In this document: positions 22,242 to 37,100 of the stretch, one piece after another
Position numbering within the stretch: position 1 is the first letter of the stretch
Layout: each line of letters starts with the position of its first letter
Source: Malacoraja senta
Taxonomy: Eukaryota
Assembly (NCBI GenBank): GCA_038087875.1
Contig: CM075994.1
Span: 9,302,001-9,366,000, forward strand
Reading direction: 5' to 3'
Length of the DNA: 64,000 nt
Translations under genes and position numbers: made by a program
Notes under the pieces: model-generated
Database searches by the model: none
Seen by the model: the letters and a program-made list of their open reading frames with translations, nothing else
What the model was told of the DNA's origin: nothing

Positions 22242-25200
22242 ACCCCCCTGGTTAAATCCCTCCCTACCTATGTTCAAGAAACCTCACATGCTCTTCGTCT
22301 CCTCCATGATTTCCGTTTTCTAGTTCCCCATTCCCTCATCTTCACCATGGATGTCCGGTCACTCTACACCTCCAACCCCCACCAGGAGGGTCTTAAAGCC
22401 CTCCGTTTCTTCTGCGACCGCAGAACCAACCAATCCCCATCTACTGATATTCTCCTCTGCCTAGTCCTTACCCTTACTCCGCTGGTCCTTACCCGTAACA
22501 ACTTTTCGTTTGACTCCTTCCATTTCCTCCAAATACATGGCATAGCTATGGGCACGCGCATGGGCCCCAGCTATGCCTGCCTCTTGAATGAATGAATGAT
22601 ATCTTTTATTTCGAAAGATTAAAAAAAGAAGAAAAGAAAAGTTGAAAATGAATAATAAATAAAGGAAAATTATATATATATATATATACATAAATACATA
22701 CACACATACATACATATACATGTACATATATACATACATACATACACACATATACACACATACACATATACATAACATATATGTACATACATAAATTAAA
22801 AAATCAAAAGCCAATTTCAACATAATACACATTAGACTCGTTCCAAAAGGGACAGGAAGAAGCCTATGCTTGTCAAGTCCTCCCCCCATTCTTCACCATT
22901 AACAAATGCAAAATTCAATAAAATAAACTAAACAGACAATTCAAATAAAACTACTCCAATCAAGCTATTAAGAAAAAAAGAACAAAAAAAGAAAAGAACA
23001 AAAAGAACAAGCACCATTAACATCTGTGAGATTTACATTCTCCTTCCTCATTACTGTACTTTTCAAAGATATTTTTGTACATTTTTTTAAATTGCATTAT
23101 ATTCATACTTTGTTTAATCGTTTCATCAAGACCATTCCACAAAACCACCCCACAAATGGAAATACACATACTTTTTAAATTGGTCTGAGCATAATGCTGT
23201 TTCAAATTTAGTTTCCCTCTAAAGTTATAACCCCCCTCTCTGTCTCTGAACAGTTTTTGTATGTTTACAGGTAGCAGTTTATTTTTTGCTTTATAAATTA
23301 TTTGTGCAGTCTTAAATTCTACCAGATCCTTAATCTTTAAGGTGTGTAATTTTAAATACAGTATATTGGTGTGTTCATGATATCCTACATTGTTTACTAT
23401 ACGAATAGCTCTTTTTTGTAGTGTGCTTAGTGATTGTAAGGTGGTTTTGTAGGTGTTGCCCCATACTTCCACACAGTAATTTAAATACGGTAACACAAGT
23501 GTACAGAATATACAGTGCTCTCTCATTCAAAACATGCCTTGCTTTCCCCATCACTCCAATACTCCGTGCTACTTTTGCTCTCACATGTTTTATATGGGGT
23601 TTCCAGCAGATTTTGTGATCAAGAATCACACCCAGAAATTTATTTTCATACACTCTTTCTTTATCAACATTATTTATCATTACTTTTACTTGTGTATTTA
23701 TTTTGCGTTTTCCAAACAGCATAAGTTTGGTTTTGTTTAAATTTAATGATAATTTGTTCAAATCAAACCATGTTTTTAGTTTACTCATTTCTGCTGTGAC
23801 CACCTCCAAAAGCTGCTGCAAATTGTCCCCATCACAGAAAATATTAGTGTCATCTGCAAATAACACAAATTTCAAGAGGTTTGACACCCTACATATATCA
23901 TTAATATACAAAATAAATAATTTGGGGCCCAAAACCGACCCCTGTGGGACTCCACAAGTTATTTCTAAGCATGTTGATTTGCAGTCCCCTATTTGCACAA
24001 ACTGATGTCTTTTACTTATGTAGCTTCTCATCCACTCTAGTACAACCCCTCTGAATCCATACTTTTCCAGTTTTTTGATTAGCAATTGATGATCAATTGT
24101 ATCAAATGCTTTTTTCAAATCTATAGATACACCCACTGCATATTTCTTGTTATCTATTGAACTGGTAATGTCTTCAATTAACTCCATTAATGCCATGGAT
24201 GTCGATCTGTTTGACCGGAATCCATATTGACTATCAACTAGCAATTCGTGCTTCTCGATAAAGTTATCTAATCTACTTACATACAGTTTTTCTAATATTT
24301 TTGAGAACTGAGAAAGTAATGACACCGGCCTGTAATTTGTAAATTGATTTCTGTCTCCAGCTTTGTATAGTGGGATGACTTTGGCAGTTTTCATTTTACA
24401 TGGAAATACACCAGTTTTGAAAGATAAATTGCAAATATAAGTTAAGGGTTTTACAATTACACCAATGACTACCTTGATTCAAGCCATATCAATGTCATTC
24501 CAGTCTGTAGACCTTTTATTCTTACAATTACTAACAATGTCAATAATCTCCTTTTCATCAGCTGCTTTCAAAAACATTGAGTTTGGGTTGCTGTCTAACA
24601 AATCCACAACCTTCCCCTCTCCTTCTTCTGACTGTGGATTATCGATTTCTTCTGCCAGTTTTGGTCCCACACTTACAAAAAATTTGTTAAACCCATTAAC
24701 CACATCATTCATATCGCTTACAGTTGTATCATTGTCTTCAAAATACTGAGGGTAGTTTATATTCATTGATCCATTCCTGATAATATTATTTAACACACTC
24801 CATATGCCCTTGATATTATTTTTATTATCGTTTAATATTTTATTATAATAATCTTTCTTACATGTCTTCATAATACTAGTCAATTTGTTTTTATATCTTT
24901 TGTATTTACTTTCTGCTTCTATAGTTCTGAATTTTATGAATTCTTTATACAAGATATTCTTTTTTTTGCATGCATTTTGTAGTCCTTTTGTCATCCATGG
25001 CCAACTATATATTTTTGCTTCTTGTTGTGTTGTTTCAAAGGACAGTGTTCATCATATAATGATTTAAATATTATCAGGAATGTTTCATACGCTTGGTTGG
25101 TATCAGTCTCTTTAAACACCTGTTTCCAATTTTGGGTCAGTAATACATTTCTAAATTTATTTATAGATTCTTCTGTTCTTACTCTCCTGTATCTAATCTT

Positions 25201-28200
25201 ATTAACATCCTTACACTTAACATAATCACAAACAAACATTACAAAAACCGGCAGATGGTCACTGATGTCATTTAGTAGTAACCCACTCTTTATGCTGTTG
25301 TCCATACTGTTTGTAAATATGTTGTCTATTAGAGTTGCACAGTGAGATGTTATTCTACTTGGTTTGGTGATAAGTGGAAAAAAACTCATACTGAACAATA
25401 CATCGATAAATTCATCAGTCTGTTTGTGCTTGTTGGGATTTAAGAGATCTAAATTAAAATCGCCACAAATGAACACAACTCTGTGATCTTTCTTGGCAAA
25501 CAATCTTTCCATACTATTCTTAAATATTTCAATATTGGAACCAGGTGCTCTGTATACACAACTTACAATTACATTTTTATTTTTTTCCAGGTAGATTACT
25601 ACAGTAATAATCTCCATCACATCATCAATATTAGTTGTCATATTTTCCACTATTTTATAATTTAATCTTTTATCTACATACAAAGCCACCCCTCCTCCTT
25701 TTTTATTTTTCCTATTTATGTAATTCAGTTCATATCCATTTAACTCAAAATCCACACCCTTTTCAGTACTAAGCCAGGTCTCGGATATGGCTATCACATT
25801 GAATGGTTTGTTTAGATGACTTAAGTAATCCTTGATGTTGTGAAAATTTGCATATAAACTTCTGCTATTGAAATGAATTATTGACATTCCATGATCTGAT
25901 TTTATGTTCATGTTGAATTGATCTTCAGAGTAATAACAGCAGTTATTGTTTATATTGTTAAGAAAATTATTTTCAGGGTCAATATCTTGTTCAAAATCAT
26001 GCATATTATGATCAGTGAATTTAAATGATTTAAAGTTCCAACCATCACAGTCATCATTGTCCCTTTCATTTCCAGCTGTTATCAAGTTTAAACAGTCAAA
26101 CTCTTCACAAGAGTCCATGGTTATAATAGTTCAAGTCAATCCCACGGATAGACACAGTCACTGTTCTGGAGTCACTGGTACTTGTCCAGCTCCTCGATGT
26201 ATCTTATGGTCAGCACTTTAGCCTCCTCTGGTGACCCGTTTAGCTTTATGAACACCTTACAGTTTGTTGTCCAGGTTGACTGGATTTTTTTCTGCTTCAT
26301 TAGGATGCGTCCGCTTCTGGCGATATCTGCATTTTTTTTTGTAAGGTGCTCATTCACATAAACATCAGATCCCTTGAGCTTTTTCCCTTGTCAGAGCAAT
26401 GCATTTTTGTGTTTTCTGTTCATAAAACGAATTATTATGGCTGGTTTGACACTTTGGTTTTTTTGAGGTAAAGGATGACATGCTTCATTGTCTGTGTTGG
26501 ATATGGATATGCCTTTGCTATGAAAGAAAGCAGTTACCTGTTGCTCCACAGAGTCCATGTCTGGAGCGGTGGGCTCCCCATCGGCCATTGCTGTTACCGC
26601 CCTGGCGTTGGACCGGGGCCTGGTCTCCAGTCTGCTGACAATAATATCATTCATGCGGGTGTACTGCTCCAGGTCTGTTACACGGCATTCTAGGCTGGCG
26701 ATCCTCTTATCCTTCTCCTCATTTTATTATTTCAGTTCTTTAATTTCACTCATCAAATTAATTATCATTTTCTGCTGCTTAGAGACAGTAGCAATCTCCT
26801 CAGACAGAAAATCAAGCGCCTTCTTTATATCCTCAATTTCCTCGTTCTTCTTTGGTGGCATTTTGACTGCTCAGCTCCGTCCGTCCGCAGCGACGACACA
26901 GCAACAACCCACTAAAGCACTAACAAAACTCGGAGCTACAAGGACTTGTATCCAAGTCCTTGTCCTTGTCCTTGACAAAAACTAAACAAAACTAAACAAA
27001 CACTAAACAAAACACACTAAAACACTAAAAACAAAACTCGGAGCTACAAGGACTTGCTGCCTCTCAGTTCGACGCAGGCGCAAATTCTTTGTAGGGTACG
27101 TCGAACAATCCATGTCGAGACGTACCCGGGCCCCATCCCCGACCTCTGCCTCTGCTACATCGACGACTGCTACCTCCTGCACCCACACACAACTCACTGA
27201 CTTCATCCATTTCACCACTAACTTCCATCCGGCACTCAAATACACCTGGACCATTTCCAACATCTCCATACCATTTCTAGACCTCACTATCTCCATCACA
27301 GGTGACAGACTTCTGACCGACATCTACTACAAACCCACTGACTCCCATGGCTATCTGGACTACACTTCTTCCCCCCCTGCTTCCTGTAAGGACTCCATCC
27401 CTACTCCCAATTCCTCCGTCTACGCCGCATCTACACCCAGGATGATATGTTCCAAACCACAGCATCGGAGATGTCCTCATTCTTTAGGGAACGGGAGTTC
27501 CCCTCTTCTACTATAGATGAGGCTCTCACCAGGATCTCTTCTATACCCCGTAACTTTGCTCTCACTCCCCATCCCCCCACTCGCAACAAGGGCAGAGTCC
27601 CCCTTGTCCTCACCTTCCACACTACGAGTCGTCACATACAACAAATAATCCTCCGACATTTTCGCCACCTCCAACGGGATCTCTGAACTGGCCACATCTT
27701 CCCATCTCCTCCGTTTTGGCTTTCCGCAGAGACTGCTCCCTCCGTAAATCCCTAGTCAATTCGTCCCTTCCCACCCAAACCAAAGCCTCTCCTGAACTTT
27801 CCCTTGCAACCGCAGTAAATAACTACACTTGTCGCTTTACCTTCCCCCTTGACTCCATCCAAGGACCCAAGCAGTCTTTCCAGATGCGGCAGAGGTTCAC
27901 CTGCACCTCCTCCAACCTCATCTATTACATCCGCTGCTCTAGGTGTCAGCTGCTCTACATCGGTGAGACCAAGCGCAGGCTTGGCGATCGCTTCGCCCAA
28001 CACCTCCGCTCGGTTCGCAATAACCAACCTGATCTCCCGGTGGCTCAGCACTTCAACTCCCCCTCCCATTCTGAATCCGACCTTTCTGTCCTGGGCCTCC
28101 TCCATGGCCAGAGTGAGTCCCAGCGCAAATTGGAGGAGCAGCACCTCATATTTCGCTTGGGCAGTTTACACCCCAGCGGTATGAACATTGACCTCCAATT

Positions 28201-28438
28201 TCAGGTCGTCCCTGCTTTCTCATTCTTTCCCCTCCCCTTCCCAGCTCTCCCACAGCCCACTGTCTCCACCTCTTCCTTTCTTCTTCACCCCCCCCCCCCA
28301 TTTCTACATCACTGAAGAAGGGTTTCGACCCGAAACATTGACTATTTCCTTTGCTCCACGGATGCTGCCTCACCCGCTGAGTTTCTCCAGCATTTTTGTC
28401 TACCTTCGATTTTCCAGCATCTGCAGTTCCTTCTTAAG
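22242..28438 (+). mobile_element. Penelope-like element (A1) split by a LINE at 22586-27085
   Basis: MDVRSLYT..GIAMG RT motifs resume after the LINE (..gcctct|ttgtagggtac); GIY-YIG at ~27900. Confidence 0.85.
22586..27085 (-). mobile_element. Full-length L2/Crack-like LINE (ORF1 26861-26172; ORF2 APE+RT 26118-23017), frameshifted
   Basis: APE motifs (HFNSRSL, ISETW, GDFN, SDH), RT motifs (DLKKAFD, GVPQGSVLGP, FADD), coiled-coil ORF1, (CATT)n 3' tail. Confidence 0.88.
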
Positions 28439-29867
28439 CAGTATAACACTCGGTGTTTTTACACTATAATATAAACACAGAGGAATGTTCAGACAACCGT
28501 CCTTTACCTCTGCTCTACAGATTGCAATGTACTTAAACAATAGATCAACATGGTCAAAAAACAAGAGTGCTTGAATCTGCAAAAAATAGCCTCCTGGGAA
28601 GAAGCTGTGAATCTTAGCAGGCCAGAGGCTGTTTATCTCTGAAAGAGAAAGTATTGCTGAATCACTGATTGTAAAATTAGCTGATTGAACCTTACCCCTT
28701 TGTGTGGGGATAGTATATTACATACTGTAAGTGTTCATGGCCACACCCATCTGGTGAAATAAAGATTGTACTACTTGATTACTAATTTTATTGTGTTTTT
28801 ATCTGTTTGAAATGAAATGAACCTTAACACATTTATGGGAAAATGCTGGATCTAATAATTATCGTTCCATTATCATCTCTTCCAGTAATTCAGGTTTTCT
28901 TGTAGTTATCAGAAATTTGATCTTTTTGTTGCCTCCTCCCCCTACCTCTGTAAGACCATCCCATAGTCAAAATCACGAGGGATTTTCAATAAACCTTATT
29001 CAATGTTCATTTTCACAATTGGCCATTTCGTTTCTTAATGTGTGCAATGTCTGAACAAACTACCTGCCTCTTAATTACTTTTTAATATGTGAATAAAAGT
29101 TAATGAGTGAATGCAAGCACCCAAGGACAGATCGGGGAAACTTCCCACATGTTCGCTCCCAGAGTGCGCGCATTTTTCATTGCAATCTCATTCAAAAAAG
29201 TCTGCACAATGAATTAAATTAATTGCATGGTCCAAACTTTGGAGAAATTACTTCCTCGGAGATAACGCGGTAAGTACACTGAGCTAGGAACGCTGTTGCT
29301 ATGGTGCAAGCTGACTCGAATCGCTTAATCACGGCTGCAGACTAATTGGGCTCCCCATTAATGTGCCTTAATATAATAACATTAATGTGCGGTACTGGCA
29401 TGACTAACTAGGCGCTGCGTACTCTGTACTTGCAGGTAAAGATACTGGAGCATGACGGTAATCGCGAAGCCGGTTCTCAAGATGGCGCTAAAAATCACCC
29501 ATCACCTACTATGGCTTTTTCGCCGAGTGGACCATCTTGCTCTTGCTCTAGTATCTTTGCTGACAACCCACCCAGCCTTGTTTGAAATGTCTGCAGTTCA
29601 ATACAGTGCCCTCATAATGTTTGGGACATTATTTATTTCTTTGCTTCTGTACTCCACAATTTGAGATTTGTAATAGAAAAATTCTCATGTGGTTAAAGAT
29701 CACATTGTCAGATTTTAATAAAAGCCATTTTTCTACATTTTGGTTTCACCATGTTGTTCTTGGAGATAAAAATATAATATAAATATATGGTTCTACCATG
29801 AGAGCATGAGCTTCACCTTCGGGGAGAGAAAAGAGCGAGAGAGAGAGAGCGAGAGAGAGAGACAGAG

Positions 29868-29918
<51 letters not shown>

Positions 29919-29956
29919 CTCGAATACTCACAGGGGCGTAAGAGTTATTTTGTATT

Positions 29957-31630
29957 ACCCCCTGGTTAAATCCCTCCCAACCTATGTTCAAGAAACCTCA
30001 CATGCTCTTCGTCTCCTCCATGATTTCCGTTTTCTTGTTCCCCATTCCCTCATCTTCACCATGGATGTCCGGTCACTCTACACCTCCAACCCCCACCAGG
30101 AGGGTCTTAAAGCCCTCCGCTTCTTCTGCGACCGCAGAACCAACCAATCCCCATCTACTGATATTCTCCTCCGCCTAGCGGAGCTGGTCCTTACCCTTAA
30201 CAACTTTTCGTTTGACTCCTCCCATTTCCTCCAAATACATGGCGTAGCTATGGGCGCGCGCATGCGCCCCAGCTATGCCTGCCTCTTTGTAGGGTACGTC
30301 GAACAATCCATGTTCGAGACGTACCCGGGCCCCATCCCCGACCTCTACACCGACGACTGCTACCTCCTGCACCCACACACAACTCACTGACTTCATCCAT
30401 TTCACCACTAACTTCCATCCACCATTCAAATGCACCTGGACCATTTCCAACATCTCCCTACCATATCTAGACCTCACTATCTCCATCACAGGTGACAGAC
30501 TTCTGACCGACATCTACTACAAACCCTCTGACTCCCATGGCTATCTGGACTACACTTCTTTCCCCCCTGCTTCCTGTAAGGACTCCATCCCCTACTCCCA
30601 ATTCCTCCGTCTACGCCGCATCTACACCCAGGATGAGATGTTCCAAACCACAGCATCGGAGATGTCCTCATTCTTTAGGGAACGGGAGTTCCCCTCTTCT
30701 ACTATAGATGAGGCTCTCACCAGGATCTCTTCTATACCCCGTAACTCTGCTCTCACTCCCCATTCCCCCCACTCGCAACAAGGGCAGAGTCCCCCTTGTC
30801 CTCCCCTTCCATCCTACGAGTCGTCACATACAACAAATAATCCTCCGACATTTTCGCCACCTCCAACGGGATCTCTGAACTGGCCACATCTTCCCATCTC
30901 CTCCCCTTTCGGCTTTCCGCAGAGACTGCTCCCTCCGTACATCCCTAGTCAATTCGTCCCTTCCCACCCAAACCAAAGCCTCTCCTGAACTTTCCCTTGC
31001 AACCGCAGTAAATGCTACACTTGTCGCTTTACCTTCCCCCTTGACTCCATCCAAGGACCCAAGCAGTCTTTCCAGGTGCGGCAGAGGTTCACCTGCACCT
31101 CCTCCAACCTCTTCTATTGCATCCGCTGCTCTAGGTGTCAGCTGCTCTACATCGGTGAGACCAAGCGCAGGCTTGGCGATTGCTTCGCCCAACACCTCCG
31201 CTCGGTTCGCAATAACCAACCTGATCTCCCGGTGGCTCAGCACTTCAACTTCCCCTCCCATTCAGAATCCGACTTTTCTGTCCTGGGCCTCCTCCATGGC
31301 CAGAGTGAGTCCCAGTGCAAATTGGAGGAGCAGCACCTCATATTTCGCTTAGGTGGTTTACACCCCAGCGGTATGAACATTGACTTCTCCAATTTCAGGT
31401 AGTCCCTGCTTTCTCCCTCCTTCCCCTCCCCTTCCCAGCTCTCCCACAGCCCACCGTCTCCACCTCTTCCTTTCTTCTTCACCCCCCCCCCACTTCTACA
31501 TCACTGAAGAAGGGTTTCGACCTGAAACGTTGACTATTTCCTTTGCTCCACGGATGCTGCCTCACCCGCTGAGTTTCTCCAGCATTTTTGTCTACCTTCG
31601 ATTTTCCAGCATCTGCAGTTCCTTCTTAAG
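29957..31630 (+). mobile_element. Penelope-like element (unit B1), 5'-truncated
   Basis: RT plus GIY-YIG remnants and tail. Confidence 0.85.
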
Positions 31631-32392
31631 CAGTATAACACTCTGTGTTTTTACACTATAATATAAACACAGAGGAATGTTCAGACAACGGTCCTTTACC
31701 TCTGCTCTACAGATTGCAATGTACTTAAACAATAGATCAACAAGGTAAAAAAACAAGAGTGCTTGAATCTGCAAAAAATAGCCTCCTGGGAAGAAGCTGT
31801 GAATCTTAGCAGGCCAGAGGCTGTTTATCTCTGAAAGAGAAAGTATTGCTGAATCACTGATTGTAAAATTAGCTGATTGAACCTTACCCCTTTGTGTGGG
31901 GATAGTATATTACATACTGTAAGAGTTCAAGGCCACACCCATCTGGTGAAATAAAGATTGTAGTACTTGATTACTAATTTTATTGTGTTTTTATCTGTTT
32001 GAAATGAAAGGAACCAACACATTTATGGGAAAATGCTGGATCTAATAATTATCGTTCCATTATCATCTCTTCCAGTAATTCAGGTTTTCTTGTAGTTATC
32101 AGAAATTTGATCTTTTTGTTGCCTCCTCCCCCATCCTCTGTAAGACCATCCCATAGTCAAAATCACAAGGGATTTTCAATAAACCTTATTCAATGTTCAT
32201 TTTCACAATTGGCCATTTCGTTTCTTAATGTGTGCAATGTCTGAACAAACTACCTGCCTCTTAATTACTTTTTAATACGTGAATAAAAGTTAATGAGTGA
32301 ATGCAAGCACCCAAGGACAGATCGGGGAAACTTCCCACATTTTCGCTCCCAGAGTGTGTGCATTTTTTCACTGCAATCCCATTCAATCCCTT

Positions 32393-33151
32393 CTGAATGG
32401 TGGCCGATTAGGAAAAGGGGAGATGCAACGAGACCTGGGTGTCATGGTACACCAGTCATTAAAAGTAGGCATGCAGGTGCAGCAGGCAGTGAAGAAGGCG
32501 AATGGTATGTTAGCATTCATAGCAAAAGGATTTGAGTATAGGAGCAGGGAGGTTCTACTGCAGTTGTACAGGGTCTTGGTGAGACCACACCTGGAGTATT
32601 GCGTACAGTTTTGGTCTCCTAATCTGAGGAAAGACATTCTTGCCATAGAGGGAGTACAGAGAAGGTTCACCAGACTGATTCCTGGGATGGCAGGACTGTC
32701 ATATGAGGAAAGACTGGATAGACTCGGCTTGTACACGTTGGAATTCAGAAGACTGAGGGGGGATCTTATAGAAACTTACAAAATTCTTAAGGGGTTGGAC
32801 AGGCTAGATGCAGGAAGATTATTCCCGATGTTGGGGAAGTCCAGAACTAGGGGTCACAGTTTAAGGATAAGGGGGAAGACTTTTAGGACCGAGATGAGGA
32901 AATCATTTTTCACACAGTGTGGTGAATCTCTGGAATTCTCTGCTACAGAAGGTAGTTCAAGCCAGTTCATTGGCTATATTTAAGAGGGAGTTAGATGTGG
33001 GCCCTTGTGGCTAAAGGGATCAGGGGGTATGGAGAGAAGGCAGGTACAGGATACTGAGTTGGATGATCAGCCATGATCATATTGAATGGCGGTGCAGGCT
33101 CGAAGGGCCGAAGGGCCTACTCCTGCACATATTTTCTTTGTTTCTGTGTTC
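32393..33151 (+). mobile_element. CR1 3' fragment (unit A2)
   Basis: Duplicate of 20442-21200. Confidence 0.9.
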
Positions 33152-34192
33152 CTCAAGTTGTGCCGGGCCTCACTCTGACAGTGAACATTGTCCCGGGCCT
33201 CCTCCATTGTCAGAGTGAGGCCCAGCGCAAATTGTAGATACTCCAGGATTTTGTGCCTTATTAAAATGGATCTGGTTTTCCCGATCTTGTTTGTAAGTGA
33301 TTCCTCTCGATAAGGCACAATTATACACCCAGTGTGTGGGCAATTCAGGATGGATAATTAATGTGTGACTAAGTTAAAACAGGTATTTTAATAAGTCGTC
33401 AAGTCAAGTCAAGTCAAGAGAGTTTATTGTTTCTATGTTTCTATGTTTCAAAAAAGTTTTCACAATGAATTAAATTAATTGCATGGTCCAAACTTGGGAG
33501 AAATTACTTCCTCGGAGATGACGCGGTAAGTACACTGAGCTAGGAACGCTGTTGCTATGGTGCAAGCTGACTCGAATCGCTTAATCACGGCTGCAGTCTA
33601 ATGGGGCTCCGCATTAATGTGCCTTAATATAATAACATTAATGTGCGGTACTGGCATGACTAACGTGGTGCTGCGTACTCTGTACTTGCAGGTAAAGATA
33701 CTGGAGCATGACGGTAATCGTGAAGCCGGTTCCCAAGATGGCGCTAAAAATCACCCATCACCTACTACGGCTTTTTCGCCGAGTGGACCATCTTGCTCTT
33801 GCTCTAGTATCTTTGCTGGCAACCCACCCAGCCTAGTTTGAAATGTCTGTAGTTCAATACAGTGCCCTCATAATATTTGCGACATTATTTATTTCTTTGC
33901 TTCTGCACTCCACAATTTGAGATTTGTAATAGAAAAATTCTCATGTGGTTAAAGATCACATTGTCAGATTTTAATAAAAGCCATTTTTCTACATTTTGGT
34001 TTCACCATGTTGTTCTTGGAGATAAAAATATAATATAAATACATGGTTCTACCATGAGAGCATGAGCTTCACCTTCGGGGGAGAAAAGAGCGAGAGAGAG
34101 AGAGCGAGAGAGAGACAGAGAGCAAGAGAGAGAGAGAGAGCGAGAGAGAGAGAGACTCAAATACTCACAGGGGCGTAAGAGTTATTTGTATT

Positions 34193-37100
34193 ACCCCCCT
34201 GGTTAAATCCCTCCCTACCTATGTTCAAGAAACCTCACATGCTCTTCGTCTCCTCCATGATTTCCGTTTTCTAGTTCCCCATTCCCTCATCTTCACCATG
34301 GATGTCCGGTCACTCTACACCTCCAACCCCCACCAGGAGGGTCTTAAAGCCCTCCGTTTCTTCTGCGACCGCAGAACCAACCAATCCCCATCTACTGATA
34401 TTCTCCTCTGCCTAGTCCTTACCCTTACTCTGCTGGTCCTTACCCGTAACAACTTTTCGTTTGACTCCTTCCATTTCCTCCAAATACATGGCATAGCTAT
34501 GGGCACGCGCATGGGCCCCAGCTATGCCTGCCTCTTGAATGAATGAATGATATCTTTTATTTCGAAAGATTAAAAAAAGAAGAAAAGAAAAGTTGAAAAT
34601 GAATAATAAATAAAGGAAAATTATATATATATATATATACATAAATACATACACACATACATACATATACATGTACATATATACATACATACATACACAC
34701 ATATACACACATACACATATACATAACATATATGTACATACATAAATTAAAAAATCAAAAGCCAATTTCAACATAATACACATTAGACTCGTTCCAAAAG
34801 GGACAGGAAGAAGCCTATGCTTGTCAAGTCCTCCCCCCATTCTTCACCATTAACAAATGCAAAATTCAATAAAATAAACTAAACAGACAATTCAAATAAA
34901 ACTACTCCAATCAAGCTATTAAGAAAAAAAGAACAAAAAAAGAAAAGAACAAAAAGAACAAGCACCATTAACATCTGTGAGATTTACATTCTCCTTCCTC
35001 ATTACTGTACTTTTCAAAGATATTTTTGTACATTTTTTTAAATTGCATTATATTCATACTTTGTTTAATCGTTTCATCAAGACCATTCCACAAAACCACC
35101 CCACAAATGGAAATACACATACTTTTTAAATTGGTCTGAGCATAATGCTGTTTCAAATTTAGTTTCCCTCTAAAGTTATAACCCCCCTCTCTGTCTCTGA
35201 ACAGTTTTTGTATGTTTACAGGTAGCAGTTTATTTTTTGCTTTATAAATTATTTGTGCAGTCTTAAATTCTACCAGATCCTTAATCTTTAAGGTGTGTAA
35301 TTTTAAATACAGTATATTGGTGTGTTCATGATATCCTACATTGTTTACTATACGAATAGCTCTTTTTTGTAGTGTGCTTAGTGATTGTAAGGTGGTTTTG
35401 TAGGTGTTGCCCCATACTTCCACACAGTAATTTAAATACGGTAACACAAGTGTACAGAATATACAGTGCTCTCTCATTCAAAACATGCCTTGCTTTCCCC
35501 ATCACTCCAATACTCCGTGCTACTTTTGCTCTCACATGTTTTATATGGGGTTTCCAGCAGATTTTGTGATCAAGAATCACACCCAGAAATTTATTTTCAT
35601 ACACTCTTTCTTTATCAACATTATTTATCATTACTTTTACTTGTGTATTTATTTTGCGTTTTCCAAACAGCATAAGTTTGGTTTTGTTTAAATTTAATGA
35701 TAATTTGTTCAAATCAAACCATGTTTTTAGTTTACTCATTTCTGCTGTGACCACCTCCAAAAGCTGCTGCAAATTGTCCCCATCACAGAAAATATTAGTG
35801 TCATCTGCAAATAACACAAATTTCAAGAGGTTTGACACCCTACATATATCATTAATATACAAAATAAATAATTTGGGGCCCAAAACCGACCCCTGTGGGA
35901 CTCCACAAGTTATTTCTAAGCATGTTGATTTGCAGTCCCCTATTTGCACAAACTGATGTCTTTTACTTATGTAGCTTCTCATCCACTCTAGTACAACCCC
36001 TCTGAATCCATACTTTTCCAGTTTTTTGATTAGCAATTGATGATCAATTGTATCAAATGCTTTTTTCAAATCTATAGATACACCCACTGCATATTTCTTG
36101 TTATCTATTGAACTGGTAATGTCTTCAATTAACTCCATTAATGCCATGGATGTCGATCTGTTTGACCGGAATCCATATTGACTATCAACTAGCAATTCGT
36201 GCTTCTCGATAAAGTTATCTAATCTACTTACATACAGTTTTTCTAATATTTTTGAGAACTGAGAAAGTAACGACACCGGCCTGTAATTTGTAAATTGATT
36301 TCTGTCTCCAGCTTTGTATAGTGGGATGACTTTGGCAGTTTTCATTTTACATGGAAATACACCAGTTTTGAAAGCTAAATTGCAAATATAAGTTAAGGGT
36401 TTTACAATTACACCAATGACTACCTTGATTCAAGCCATATCAATGTCATTCCAGTCTGTAGACCTTTTATTCTTACAATTACTAACAATGTCAATAATCT
36501 CCTTTTCATCAGCTGCTTTCAAAAACATTGAGTTTGGGTTGCTGTCTAACAAATCCACAACCTTCCCCTCTCCTTCTTCTGACTGTGGATTATCGATTTC
36601 TTCTGCCAGTTTTGGTCCCACACTTACAAAAAATTTGTTAAACCCATTAACCACATCATTCATATCGCTTACAGTTGTATCATTGTCTTCAAAATACTGA
36701 GGGTAGTTTATATTCATTGATCCATTCCTGATAATATTATTTAACACACTCCATATGCCCTTGATATTATTTTTATTATCGTTTAATATTTTATTATAAT
36801 AATCTTTCTTACATGTCTTCATAATACTAGTCAATTTGTTTTTATATCTTTTGTATTTACTTTCTGCTTCTATAGTTCTGAATTTTATGAATTCTTTATA
36901 CAAGATATTCTTTTTTTTGCATGCATTTTGTAGTCCTTTTGTCATCCATGGCCAACTATATATTTTTGCTTCTTGTTGTGTTGTTTCAAAGGACAGTGTT
37001 CATCATATAATGATTTAAATATTATCAGGAATGTTTCATACGCTTGGTTGGTATCAGTCTCTTTAAACACCTGTTTCCAATTTTGGGTCAGTAATACATT

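Noticed and set aside
29806..30390. 194-aa ORF fusing an (ER)n tract to a Penelope RT
   Set aside because: (GA)n microsatellite in frame with a degenerate, frameshifted RT; no evidence of domestication.
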